Assembly: GCA_963662645.2 (NCBI GenBank)
Contig: OY759762.1
Span: forward strand, 1,933,160-1,997,159
Length of the DNA stretch: 64,000 nt
Reading direction: 5' to 3'
Origin: Acidimicrobiales bacterium
GTDB lineage: Bacteria; Actinomycetota; Acidimicrobiia; Acidimicrobiales; Aldehydirespiratoraceae
Shown here: piece by piece, positions 47,000-56,434 of the stretch
Layout: each line of letters begins with the position of its first letter
How positions within the stretch are numbered: position 1 is the stretch's first letter
Position numbers and translations under genes: made by a program
Notes under the pieces: generated by a model
What the model was told of the DNA's origin: nothing
The model's input: the letters and a program-made list of their open reading frames with translations, nothing else
The model's database searches: none

Positions 47000-47899
47000 T
47001 CAGAGGTGGAGAGCGAACCAGTGGGCGCATAGAGCGGCCGCTTCGTCACGTCTGTGCCTGTCCTTGTAGATGGTTTGGTGTGTCGACTTGCGGATGACCT
47101 CGAGCCGCTTGTCGCGGCAACCGATGGCGTGGTAGGCGTCGAGAGCGAGATCCCAATGGGTGTGGTCGTCGCCCTCGGCCAGCACCATCAGGGTGGCGCA
47201 TCTGTCGATCCGTTCGGCGTAGGGGCGGACGTTGTACTCGAGCAGCCATTCGGTTGATCGGGTGGTGGCCTTGCCGACATAGTTGGGCCCTTCGATGACG
47301 AACTCGCGGAACATGTCGGCGCTGGTCGGAAACGGCCACGTCGAGAGGCCCTGCGGTTCCTGGGGGTTGTGATCGAGGTAGCCGGGATCTGCGCCGCCGA
47401 ACTGGGCGGACCGGTCCGCCTCGACGGCTCCCAGCAGCTCCCGGAAAGAGATCGTGCCGTGAGCCAGACGCAGGTTCTCGTAGCCGTTGATCACCGGCAC
47501 AACGGAGCTGGTCGCCTTGATTCGCCGGTCAGTGGCGGCCAGCTGGAGAACGTGGCCGCCGCTGTAGGAGATCCCCCAGACACCGATTCGTTCGGGGTCG
47601 ACGCCGTCGATCTGTTGGGCGAAGGAGATGGCGTTCTTGTAGTCCTCGATCTGATCCCACGGATTGATTCTCTGCCGGGGTTCGCCTTCGGATTCTCCCA
47701 GGTAGCGGTAATCGAAGACTAGAGCGGCCATCCCTCGAGAGTTGAATTCTCTCGCGAAGGACGGTTGCACGATCTCCTTCACATAGCACCAACCACCCCC
47801 CTGCACGATGATCGGGAGTTCGCTGCCATCGGACTTGTCGGGAAGATACAGGTCGGCTGAGATTCTCAGGCCGTCACTGAGGAATGTGACATGTTCCAT
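47000..47899 (-). CDS. Alpha/beta hydrolase
   Basis: Nucleophile elbow GISYSGG. 299 aa. Overall alpha/beta-hydrolase spacing with late Asp/His (EGDDHTH). Confidence 0.75.
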   Translation of the reverse strand: MEHVTFLSDGLRISADLYLPDKSDGSELPIIVQGGGWCYVKEIVQPSFAREFNSRGMAALVFDYRYLGESEGEPRQRINPWDQIEDYKNAISFAQQIDGVDPERIGVWGISYSGGHVLQLAATDRRIKATSSVVPVINGYENLRLAHGTISFRELLGAVEADRSAQFGGADPGYLDHNPQEPQGLSTWPFPTSADMFREFVIEGPNYVGKATTRSTEWLLEYNVRPYAERIDRCATLMVLAEGDDHTHWDLALDAYHAIGCRDKRLEVIRKSTHQTIYKDRHRRDEAAALCAHWFALHL

Positions 47900-47992
47900 T
47901 GCAACAACTCCGTGTGTGGTCGCTCTACGTGTTCTGCTCTGCGTTCGACGTTGAGGCGGTTTGCCTTCGATAAGCGAGTCCGAACCACCCGT

Positions 47993-49039
47993 CTATTCTC
48001 GTGGAGGCGCACGCAAACTAGCGGCGGCTCGGCGCGCCAACCCGGCTGCATCGAGCGTCTGGGCACCGATGGCAACTGCGATGACAGCGGCCTCGATCAG
48101 AAGCTGGGCCGATGTCGGCAGACCCAGAGACAGCACAAGTTGGGACAGCTGGCTAAGGAAGAGCGCTCCGACGGCTGTGCCGACGATGTAGCCGCGCCCG
48201 CCGACGAAGGAATTGCCGCCGACCACCACGGCTGCGATCGACGGGAGCAGGTACCGGTTGCCGGACCCGACGTTGGGTGTGCTGACGTAGCCAGCAAGGA
48301 GCACGCCAGCGGCACTGAAGCACAGCGCTCCGGCCACGTAAGCGGATACCTTGACGCGGTTGGCGTGCAGGCCGACGGCTTGTGCTGCCCGCTCGCTCGA
48401 TCCGACGCTCATCAGCTGGCGGCCCCACACGGTGCGTGATGTCGCGAACCCCACGATGATGACGAACACCAGCGAGACGAGCACGGTGTTGGAGACTCCC
48501 ATGGTCTTGGACAGCGCGAAGTCGGCGAGGCTCTCGGGGGCACGCACCGGTCTTCCGCCCGAGTAGAACAGGGCCACGCCGACGAGGAGCGTGTTGAGCG
48601 CGAACGTGGCAACGAGGGGCGTCACCTCGGCATAGGCGACGACGACACCGTTGACCGACCCGATTATCACTGCGACCGCGGCCACGATCAGGAACCCGAC
48701 CCAGAGATTGCCGCCCTGGCCGGTGGCGTAGTTGCTGCCGATGAGCGCGGCGAGGGTCATGGTGCCGGCCACGGAGAGGTCCACGCCGCGGCTCATGACG
48801 ACGAGCGTCTGCCCGATGGACGCAACCGCGAGGATCCCGGCGAATGGCAGCATCGCGTCGATGGCGGTGCTGTTCACGCTGTCGGGCTGGATTGTCCAGC
48901 TGAGGACGAACAGGCCGATGGTCGACCACCAGATCGGCGCGAGCTTGATTCGAAGTCGGCGCGAGAAGCCGGAGGCCTCGTCGGTGGGCGGTTCGGCCGC
49001 CGGCGCAGCCGTCTCGTCCGCTGCGGTCGTCTCAGCCAC
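47993..49039 (-). CDS. Sugar (CUT2, ribose-type) ABC transporter permease
   Basis: RGVDLSVAGTMTLAA and polytopic RbsC/AraH-like pattern. 8-nt overlap with the upstream gene. Confidence 0.85.
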   Translation of the reverse strand: MAETTAADETAAPAAEPPTDEASGFSRRLRIKLAPIWWSTIGLFVLSWTIQPDSVNSTAIDAMLPFAGILAVASIGQTLVVMSRGVDLSVAGTMTLAALIGSNYATGQGGNLWVGFLIVAAVAVIIGSVNGVVVAYAEVTPLVATFALNTLLVGVALFYSGGRPVRAPESLADFALSKTMGVSNTVLVSLVFVIIVGFATSRTVWGRQLMSVGSSERAAQAVGLHANRVKVSAYVAGALCFSAAGVLLAGYVSTPNVGSGNRYLLPSIAAVVVGGNSFVGGRGYIVGTAVGALFLSQLSQLVLSLGLPTSAQLLIEAAVIAVAIGAQTLDAAGLARRAAASLRAPPRE

Positions 49040-51599
49040 GATGTGTCCGCAACTTCGAGTATGCGGCGGCAGCCAGAATGGTGAGTCCGCCGAGGAGATA
49101 CAGCTGCCACTCCCGGTCCCAGCCCCGGAACTGGACGACGGTGTTGACCTGGATGATCAGCCCCGCACCGAACAGTGCGCCGAGAAACGATCCCCGGCCG
49201 CCGAAGATGCTCGCTCCGCCCAGCACGACCGCGCCGACGCTGGACAGGGTGAACCCGTTGCCGATCAGGGCGTTGCCGCTGGTGGCCTGGGCCATCAGCA
49301 TGAACGCCCCCAGCGTGGCGAAGGTCGAGGCCGCAACGAAGGACAGCAGCGACATCGCCTTGGTGCGCACCCCGACCTTCTGGGCGACCAGCACGTTCGA
49401 CCCTGACGCTCGGAGACGCACTCCCAGCAGCGTCCTGTACATGGCCACCTCGCACGCCGCGGCCAGCGCCGCGGCCACGATCAGCGTGACCGGCATGAAG
49501 CCGATTGTCGACTTCAAGAAGTCGGTCATGCCTCTCGAGATCTGCCCGCCGGGCGTCGGCCGGACGTACAGCGCGACCCCTTGCAGCGCGCCGAACGTCA
49601 CGAGCGTCGCAATCAGCGGATTGATGCGCACGATCGTCGACAGCACCCAATTCAACGTCCCCACCGCGGCACCGATCACGAAGATGAGCACGATGCCCAA
49701 GGCCAGTCCGACGCTGTGGATCTCGGGGGTGAGCACGAACGAGGCCACGACGACAGCCACGCTCGCGAGCGGGCCCACCGACAGGTCGATGGCGCCGTTG
49801 AGCATCACCATCTGCTGGCCGAGCCCGAAGAAGGCCAGCGTGGCGACGAGCGGGAGCATGAGCGAGAAGTTCCGGGTCGTCAGGTAGAACTCGTTCGCCT
49901 GGATGGCGATCAGCGCGAGGACGATCAGGGCAGGTATCAGCGCGAGCGTCGGCGCGAAGTCGCTCGCCGCGAGACGGCGGAGCCGAGGCCAGCGAGTAGC
50001 CCGCCTGGACGGTGCGTGGTCGCTGCGCTGTGCCGTGGCGGTCAGCGCCGCGCCGGTGATGGCGCGCTCGGTGACCGCGTCGCCGCTGAGTTCTTCGACG
50101 ATGCGCCCCCGCGAGAAGATGGCGACGCGATCGCAGAGACCGGCCAACTCGGCCGCGTCGGCCGATACCACGATCACAGTGCTGCCGTCGCGCGCTTGTT
50201 CGCGCAGCACGCCGTACAGATCCGCTCGGGCGCCCACGTCGACGCCCTGGGTAGGCTCGTCGGCGAGGAGCACCTTCGACGCGGCCAGCTTGACCCGGCT
50301 GAACATCACCTTCTGCTGGTTCCCGCCCGACAGGGTCTCGATGCCGGCGTCGAGAGACGGGGTCTTCACACCCAGCGCGTCGAACTCCCGCCCCACATCT
50401 TCGCGCTCCCTGCCGGCCGAGACGACGCCGGCAGTCGCCCATTGGGGCAGCGCCGCGGTGGCGGCGTTCTCCCGCACGTTCAGGCCGGGAAGGATGCCCT
50501 CGCGGTGGCGGTCGTGGCTGAGGTACACCATCCCGTTGCGCATCGCGGCCGTCGTGTTGCGGACACGGACCGGCCGGCCCGCCACCATGATCCGGCCGTG
50601 ACTGCGCTGCAGGCCGGCGAGGGCGCGCAGGAACTCGCGCTGGCCTTGGCCCTCGATGCCCGCCAGTCCGAGTATCTCGCCCTGCCTGGCCACAAGCTCG
50701 GCGTCCCAGAATCCACTGCCGCTGAGTCCCTCCACTCGCAGTATCTCGGGCCCGAGGTCTTCGGGACTCAACTTGGGAGGGAACCTGGTCTCGAGTCGCC
50801 GCCCGACGATCGAATCGACGATGTCGTGCTCGGTCAGGTTGTCCGCGTCGTCGGCCAAGACCAGCCGCCCGTCTCGCAGTACCGAGATCCGATCAGCGAT
50901 CGACTTCACCTCGTGGATCCGGTGAGAGATGTACACGACCGCACCATCGCGGCGGCAGACCTCCGCGATCAGGCGGAAGAGTTCCTCGACTCCGGCTGGC
51001 ACGAGGTGCTCGGTCGGCTCGTCGAGAACCAGCACGGCGGGTTCTTCGGAAACCGCTCGGGCGATCGCCACCACGAAGCGCTCGTCAGGCTGGAGGTCGC
51101 GGACGTAGGTTCTCGGGTCGATGTCGGCCACGGCCCGCCAATCCGCGAGGATCGACCGCGCCCGCTCGTTCTGCTCGCGCACGGTCGGGCGCCGGTGTTC
51201 GGGGGCGCTGAGCCGCATGTTCTCAGCGACCGTGAGATCGGGGAGCAGCGCAGGCTCCTGGAAGACGATGGCCAGTCCGGCCTCCCGGACCACATCGGGG
51301 TGCGCCCCGTCCATCGGCTGGCCGTTGATCTCGACCGAGCCGCGGTCGGCGCGAACCGTGCTGGCCGCCACGCCGACCAGCGTCGACTTGCCCGCGCCGT
51401 TCTCGCCGACGAGCCCGTGCACCTCGCCTCTGCGTACCGACAGGCTGACGTCGGCGAGGGCCTGAACGCCGGGATAGTGCTTGTAGATGCCGTCGAGTCT
51501 CAGTACCTGGGCGTGACCGTCACCAGATGCTGCGGGGGTACTGGGTGACTCCTGACGATTTGCAACGGTCACCTCCAGTCTGCCTTCTCGACTCCTCAA
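49032..51599 (-). CDS. Fused sugar ABC transporter ATPase (two NBDs) + permease domain
   Basis: One uninterrupted 855-aa ORF. It has NBD1 GENGAGKST, NBD2 signature LSGGNQQKV, then a ~340-aa RbsC-like membrane domain (GAIDLSVGPLASVA). Confidence 0.85.
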   Translation of the reverse strand: MRSREGRLEVTVANRQESPSTPAASGDGHAQVLRLDGIYKHYPGVQALADVSLSVRRGEVHGLVGENGAGKSTLVGVAASTVRADRGSVEINGQPMDGAHPDVVREAGLAIVFQEPALLPDLTVAENMRLSAPEHRRPTVREQNERARSILADWRAVADIDPRTYVRDLQPDERFVVAIARAVSEEPAVLVLDEPTEHLVPAGVEELFRLIAEVCRRDGAVVYISHRIHEVKSIADRISVLRDGRLVLADDADNLTEHDIVDSIVGRRLETRFPPKLSPEDLGPEILRVEGLSGSGFWDAELVARQGEILGLAGIEGQGQREFLRALAGLQRSHGRIMVAGRPVRVRNTTAAMRNGMVYLSHDRHREGILPGLNVRENAATAALPQWATAGVVSAGREREDVGREFDALGVKTPSLDAGIETLSGGNQQKVMFSRVKLAASKVLLADEPTQGVDVGARADLYGVLREQARDGSTVIVVSADAAELAGLCDRVAIFSRGRIVEELSGDAVTERAITGAALTATAQRSDHAPSRRATRWPRLRRLAASDFAPTLALIPALIVLALIAIQANEFYLTTRNFSLMLPLVATLAFFGLGQQMVMLNGAIDLSVGPLASVAVVVASFVLTPEIHSVGLALGIVLIFVIGAAVGTLNWVLSTIVRINPLIATLVTFGALQGVALYVRPTPGGQISRGMTDFLKSTIGFMPVTLIVAAALAAACEVAMYRTLLGVRLRASGSNVLVAQKVGVRTKAMSLLSFVAASTFATLGAFMLMAQATSGNALIGNGFTLSSVGAVVLGGASIFGGRGSFLGALFGAGLIIQVNTVVQFRGWDREWQLYLLGGLTILAAAAYSKLRTHRG

Positions 51600-51640
51600 T
51601 CGGTGTGTCGACGAAAGCTATCAGAGCGCGCCGTCGTGGA

Positions 51641-53836
51641 TCATTCGAACAACTCCTTGAGCTGTTCGACGCTGAGCCCCGACGACAGGTCCGCGTCGGG
51701 CGGCAGGTCCGGCTCGCACGGAGGCTCGAGATCATTCAGGGTGTCCATGAACGTGAAGAGCTCGAAGACGTCCGGGTCGCCCGTGGGGACGCCGCTGAGC
51801 TCGGACAGTGCGAGACGGCCTGCGAGGCGCACGACCTGGGTTGTGCCGTCGATGGACAGGAGTTCGAAGTCGGGGTTGTCGGCGACGAGCTCCTGGTAGA
51901 CGCAGCCCAACTCGTTGGAGCTGGCGTAGGTCGCGAGCGGGGGTATCGGGTAGTTGGCGTTCAGCATGGATCGAATGCCGCCGACTGACGCCACGCCGTA
52001 GTCCGAGACCACGCCTTGCATCTGGTCGCCGTACTGGGTGAGCGTTCCGGCCATGACGCGCTGCGCTTCGGCCGGATCCCAGTTGGTGTCGATCGGCTCG
52101 TCGTTGAGGAACGTGAGCCCACCGCCCAGTTCCTCGGCTCTCGCCTCGAATCCGCCCATCGCTCCAATGCTGGAGGGGTTGCCGGGGATGCCGCCCACAA
52201 AGATCAGCTGGCCCTCGCCATCGAGGACCTCGTGGAACCACTCAGCCCAGATCGCCGACGCCACCGGGGTGTTCATGGGAATGAACTTGGTGTAATCCTC
52301 ACCGTCGACGCCGCTGGGATCCGCAATGTAAGGCACCACAACGACGCCCGCTTCGTAGGCTGACCTGAGCGCATCGAGAGCTTGGTTGCCGAAGTCGTCG
52401 TAGACCACGATGGCGTCGAAGCCCTGCGCGACGTACGAGTTGATGGCACTGATGAAGGTGGGCAGGTCGAAGTCGGCCTGCGTGTACTCGACGGTCACGT
52501 TCGGGCACACCGACAGCTCGTCTCGCAGCTCCGCCGCGGTGATCTGCCGCCAAGTGTTCGCACCGAAGCCGTCTATGTGCGCGACGCGAATGTCACCCTC
52601 ACCGCACAGTGCCTCGGTCGGCACCGGCCCGTCGGCCGCGGCATCGTCATCCATTGCCGTGTCGTCGGCGGCCGGGGCGTCCTCGTCCATTGCCATGCCT
52701 CCGAACAACTCCTGCAGTTGTTGGACGGTCAGTGCCGACGAGAGATCCGCGTCCGGTGGCAGCGACGGCTCGCACGGCGGGTCGATCCCGTTGGCGGTGT
52801 CGATGAAGGGGATCAGTTCAGCCAACTCGGGCTCGTTGTCCGGCAGTCCGTTCAGGGCAGCCAGTGCCTTCCGGCCCGCGATCCGAACCACACTGGTAGT
52901 GCCGTCCAGGGACAGCAGCTCGAAGTCGGGGTTGGTCGGTCGGAGCTCCTGCCAGAGGCAGCCGAGCTCGTTGTCGCTGGCCGAGGTCGCCAGCGGCGGC
53001 AAGGGCACTCCTGCGTTGACGAAGGCCCGGATGCCGCCCTTGGACGCCACGCCGTAGTCGGAGGCGAGCATGTTGAGGGTGGGGTACTGGGTCAGTACGC
53101 CGGCCATCACCCGCTGCTCCTCGGCCGGGTCCCAGTTCGTGTCGATCGGGGTCTCGTTGAGGATCACGATCGAGCTGCCGATCTCCTCGAGCCGCGCTTC
53201 GATGAGGTCGTACAAGGCCTGCGACGCCGGGTTGCCGGGGATCCCGCCGACGAACACCAGCTGGCCCTCACCGTCATAGAGGTCATTGAGCCAGTCGGCC
53301 ATGTCCGCGCCCTCCTTGGCGAAGTCGTACTCGACATAGCCGTCGTAATCCTCGCCCACGACGCCGCCGGGATCGGAGATGTAGGGCACGACGACGACGC
53401 CCGCCTCGTGCGCCTGCCGGAGCGTGTCCAGGGCCTGGTTGCCGAAGTCGTTGTACGTGATGATGGCGTCGAAGCCCTGGGCCACGTACGAGTTGATCGC
53501 GCTGATGTAGGTCGGAAGGTCGAAGTCCGCCTGCGCGTACTCGAGCGTGACGTTCGGGCACTGCGACAACTCGTCACGCAACTCGGCCGCGGTGATCTGC
53601 CGCCACGTGTTCGCACCGAAGCCGTCGACGTGCGCGATCCGAAGCTCGCGGTCGCCGCACAGCTCGTTGCCCGCCGCTGCGGGTTCCTCCGCCGCTGCGG
53701 GTTCCTCCATCGAAGAGTCGGCGGCGTCGGTGTCGGCGTCGGTGTCATCGTCGCCTCCGCACGCGGCGGCAAGGAGTGCCGTCGCGACGAGCGCGACGAC
53801 GATCCGCACAAGGTGGCTAGAGCGAATTGCTCTCAT
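51641..53836 (-). CDS. Sugar-type ABC substrate-binding lipoprotein consisting of two tandem full-length binding domains
   Basis: Lipobox LLAAAC. ATG 53836 follows GGGGGAGAAG. Two ~320-aa halves are clearly homologous (both start CG..(E/D)(L/I)R(I/V)AH(V/I)DGFGANTWRQITAAELRDEL and end CEP.LPPDADLSS.L.V.QL.ELF). Confidence 0.85.
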   Translation of the reverse strand: MRAIRSSHLVRIVVALVATALLAAACGGDDDTDADTDAADSSMEEPAAAEEPAAAGNELCGDRELRIAHVDGFGANTWRQITAAELRDELSQCPNVTLEYAQADFDLPTYISAINSYVAQGFDAIITYNDFGNQALDTLRQAHEAGVVVVPYISDPGGVVGEDYDGYVEYDFAKEGADMADWLNDLYDGEGQLVFVGGIPGNPASQALYDLIEARLEEIGSSIVILNETPIDTNWDPAEEQRVMAGVLTQYPTLNMLASDYGVASKGGIRAFVNAGVPLPPLATSASDNELGCLWQELRPTNPDFELLSLDGTTSVVRIAGRKALAALNGLPDNEPELAELIPFIDTANGIDPPCEPSLPPDADLSSALTVQQLQELFGGMAMDEDAPAADDTAMDDDAAADGPVPTEALCGEGDIRVAHIDGFGANTWRQITAAELRDELSVCPNVTVEYTQADFDLPTFISAINSYVAQGFDAIVVYDDFGNQALDALRSAYEAGVVVVPYIADPSGVDGEDYTKFIPMNTPVASAIWAEWFHEVLDGEGQLIFVGGIPGNPSSIGAMGGFEARAEELGGGLTFLNDEPIDTNWDPAEAQRVMAGTLTQYGDQMQGVVSDYGVASVGGIRSMLNANYPIPPLATYASSNELGCVYQELVADNPDFELLSIDGTTQVVRLAGRLALSELSGVPTGDPDVFELFTFMDTLNDLEPPCEPDLPPDADLSSGLSVEQLKELFE
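51644..52606 (-). repeat. Second (C-terminal) copy of the internal binding-domain duplication
   Basis: Codons 429-749 of the tracked ORF, homologous to 52700-53659. Confidence 0.85.
52700..53659 (-). repeat. First (N-terminal) copy of the internal binding-domain duplication
   Basis: Codons 78-397 of the tracked ORF, homologous to 51644-52606. Confidence 0.85.
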
Positions 53837-54107
53837 CTGTTCTTCTCCCCCATCTGACGAACGCCTTGAGCGGCGTTTTCGTCCGTTCACACTACCGTCG
53901 AGCCGTCATCCGGCGCAAGACTCGGGGGATTCTGCCGTTCGACGCTATGGTCGAAACAAGCCATTATAGGAGGTCACAGCATGTTTATGGATGGGCACAA
54001 TCGCGGCGCGGCGCCCCTTGACGCCCGACGGCGACCTTGTTACGGTGAGCGAATCGGCGTATCGATGAGCGAGGTGCGTCGAAGCGAATCTGACGGGGAC
54101 GGCCGGC
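53837..54107. promoter_or_regulatory. Shared divergent control region of the two long catabolic operons
   Basis: 270 bp between two divergently oriented first genes, with lower GC than the flanks. Contains inverted repeat TTCGAC-N6-GTCGAA (53938-53955) and a strong AGGAGG (53968-53973). Confidence 0.55.
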
Positions 54108-55430
54108 GTGGATCATGAATACGCCAGGCGAACGCCTTCATCAGGCCGCACTTGGTCCGATGCTCTCGACGTCTTCCCACAGGGAGTATCCGGTCAGGCC
54201 AAGGTGGTGTCGCCTCATCCGATCTTTGTGGAGTCTGCCTGTGGCGCTCATGTGACCGACGTCGACGGCCGCGATTATGTTGACTTGCTCATGGGTGCAG
54301 GTCCCCTGCTGATCGGGCACTCGCATCCCGACGTTGTCACCGCAATCCAACGTCAGGTCGCCAGGATGACGAACCCGATGATGCCGACCCCGCTGTCGCT
54401 CGACTACGCCAGGCAACTTCAGGATCACATGCCTTATCTTGAGAGGCTGCGCTTCACCAACACCGGTTCCGAGGCCACTCGCTCGGCCGTGCGGGTGGCC
54501 CGGGCGGCGACCGGGCGCACGAAGATCGCCAAGTTCGAGGGCAACTATCACGGGTCCGACGACTGGGCGCTCGTGTCGACCCACGTTGCCTCGCCCAGCG
54601 GGCCGAGGCTGCGTCCCGAGGCGGTCGTCGACTACGCCGGGATGTCGCCCCGCCTGGTCGACGAGGTCCTAGTGCTGCCCTTCAACGAGACCGAGGCGGT
54701 TAGGGGCCTGCTGGACGAGCACGGGCCGGATCTGGCCGCGGTGATCCTTGAGCCGGTGGCCTTCTCCAGCGGGGGCGGGGTGCTGGCCGAGCGGGGATTC
54801 GTTCGGGCCGTCCGCGAGGCCGCCGACAAGCACGGGATCGTCCTGATCTTCGACGAGGTGTTGTGCGCGTTCCGGCTGGGTCTGGGCGGCGCCCCCTCCT
54901 ACCTCGGAGTGGTTCCCGACCTCGCGGCCGCCGGCAAGGCGATCGGCGGCGGCATGCCCCTGGCCCTGTTCGGCGGTCGCCGCGATCTGATGGAGGCGAC
55001 CCTTGGATCCGGTTCCGGCGACCGGCGCATCTTCCAGTCTGGAACCTTCACCGAGAACCCGGTGTCCATCGTGGCGGGAGCGGCCACGCTGAGCGTGCTG
55101 GAGACGACCGACGCCCTCGCTCGGGCGGACGGTACGGCGGAGGCCATCAGGCAAGGACTCCGCGACATCTTCGCCCACCACGGCATCCCGGCAGCCGTGA
55201 ACGGAGTTGCCTCCATCATCCAGATGCACGCTGGCGTCGAATCGGTGCGAGACCGGCGCGATGTACTGGCTGGCGACATCGAGCTGACCCGCCGGATCCT
55301 GTTGGGGATGACGGCCGGAGGCGTGCTGTGGCCGCCGGTGCATCCCGCGGTCACCTCTGGAGCCCATTCCGACCACGACGTCGACAGGGTTCTCTCCGTC
55401 TTCGACGACGTGCTGTCGCAGCTGGCATGA
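54108..55430 (+). CDS. Class-III PLP-dependent aminotransferase (glutamate-1-semialdehyde aminomutase-like)
   Basis: D.DG..YVD, NTGSEATRSAVRVARAATGR, FDEV..AFRLG, and PLP-lysine context AAAGKAIGGGMP. GTG start. Confidence 0.85.
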   Translation: MDHEYARRTPSSGRTWSDALDVFPQGVSGQAKVVSPHPIFVESACGAHVTDVDGRDYVDLLMGAGPLLIGHSHPDVVTAIQRQVARMTNPMMPTPLSLDYARQLQDHMPYLERLRFTNTGSEATRSAVRVARAATGRTKIAKFEGNYHGSDDWALVSTHVASPSGPRLRPEAVVDYAGMSPRLVDEVLVLPFNETEAVRGLLDEHGPDLAAVILEPVAFSSGGGVLAERGFVRAVREAADKHGIVLIFDEVLCAFRLGLGGAPSYLGVVPDLAAAGKAIGGGMPLALFGGRRDLMEATLGSGSGDRRIFQSGTFTENPVSIVAGAATLSVLETTDALARADGTAEAIRQGLRDIFAHHGIPAAVNGVASIIQMHAGVESVRDRRDVLAGDIELTRRILLGMTAGGVLWPPVHPAVTSGAHSDHDVDRVLSVFDDVLSQLA

Positions 55431-56428
55431 GAATCGGTCTCTGGCTACCCACCTTCGCCGCCGACACCGTGGCGACCGCCGACACCAAGGTGGTGGAGCT
55501 GGCCCGGCTGGCCGAACGCTGCGAGCTCGAGGGCCTCTGGGTGATCGACCACATGCTGCCCACCACCGGCGAGGTCCATTCTGGCTCGTGGTACGACCCG
55601 ATCGTGTCGCTGGCGGCCGCGGCCGCGGTTACCGAGCGCCTGGAATTGGGCACCGCGTCGCTGGTGGCCGGACCACGGCACCCGGTCCTGCTGGCCAAGC
55701 AGGTGGCCAGCCTGGCCGCTCTGGCCGGACCCCGGGTCACCATCGGCTTGAGCTCGGGATGGGCGCCCGAGGAGTACGAGTGCTTCGGCTACCGGCTGGC
55801 GGAGCGGGGCGAGCGCACCGACGAAGTGGCCGAGGTGCTGCGGCGACTGCTCGAGACCGTCCCGGTCGATTCCGCCGGACCCAGCTACCCGTTCGAGAAT
55901 GTCAGGCTCGTGCCCCGTCCGCGGTGGCGGATACCGATCCTCGTTGGTGGCGGGAGCCGCGTTCCTGAGTCCGGGTCGGCTGCAGACCGTCCCTATATGG
56001 CTACCGCCGTCTTGGAGCGGATCAAGCGCTTCGACGGCTGGCTGGCTCCCTGCGCGGGCGACGAGTCGATGACCCTCGCCGATCTTGCTCTCGTCAACGA
56101 GGCTGTCGGCGACCGCAAGTTCCGGCGTGTCCACGTGCAGTGGACCCACATCGTCGACACGGACGACACCGAGCGGGCCCTCGCGGAGCAGGTACCCGCG
56201 TTCGGCCGGGTAATGGGCGATCGCAGCGTCGAGAACCTGCGTGCCTCTTACCTGGCCGGGTCGTTGACGGACATCACCGATCGCGTCTCCCGCATCGCCG
56301 CGGCTGGCTTCGACGACATGATTGTCGGACCGGTGGAATCGACGGCCGCACAGGTGGAGCTGATCTCCGAGTTGGCATCTGCGGCGGATGGAACTATGAG
56401 GGTTCCGTCCGGCGCCTCCTGCGAATAG
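55427..56428 (+). CDS. LLM-class (luciferase-like) flavin/F420-dependent oxidoreductase
   Basis: MRIGLWLPTF...LEGLWVIDHM N-terminus. ATGA overlap with the aminotransferase stop. Only the C-terminal 333 aa of the tracked ORF are credible. Confidence 0.8.
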   Translation: MRIGLWLPTFAADTVATADTKVVELARLAERCELEGLWVIDHMLPTTGEVHSGSWYDPIVSLAAAAAVTERLELGTASLVAGPRHPVLLAKQVASLAALAGPRVTIGLSSGWAPEEYECFGYRLAERGERTDEVAEVLRRLLETVPVDSAGPSYPFENVRLVPRPRWRIPILVGGGSRVPESGSAADRPYMATAVLERIKRFDGWLAPCAGDESMTLADLALVNEAVGDRKFRRVHVQWTHIVDTDDTERALAEQVPAFGRVMGDRSVENLRASYLAGSLTDITDRVSRIAAAGFDDMIVGPVESTAAQVELISELASAADGTMRVPSGASCE

Positions 56429-56434
56429 GGGTCC

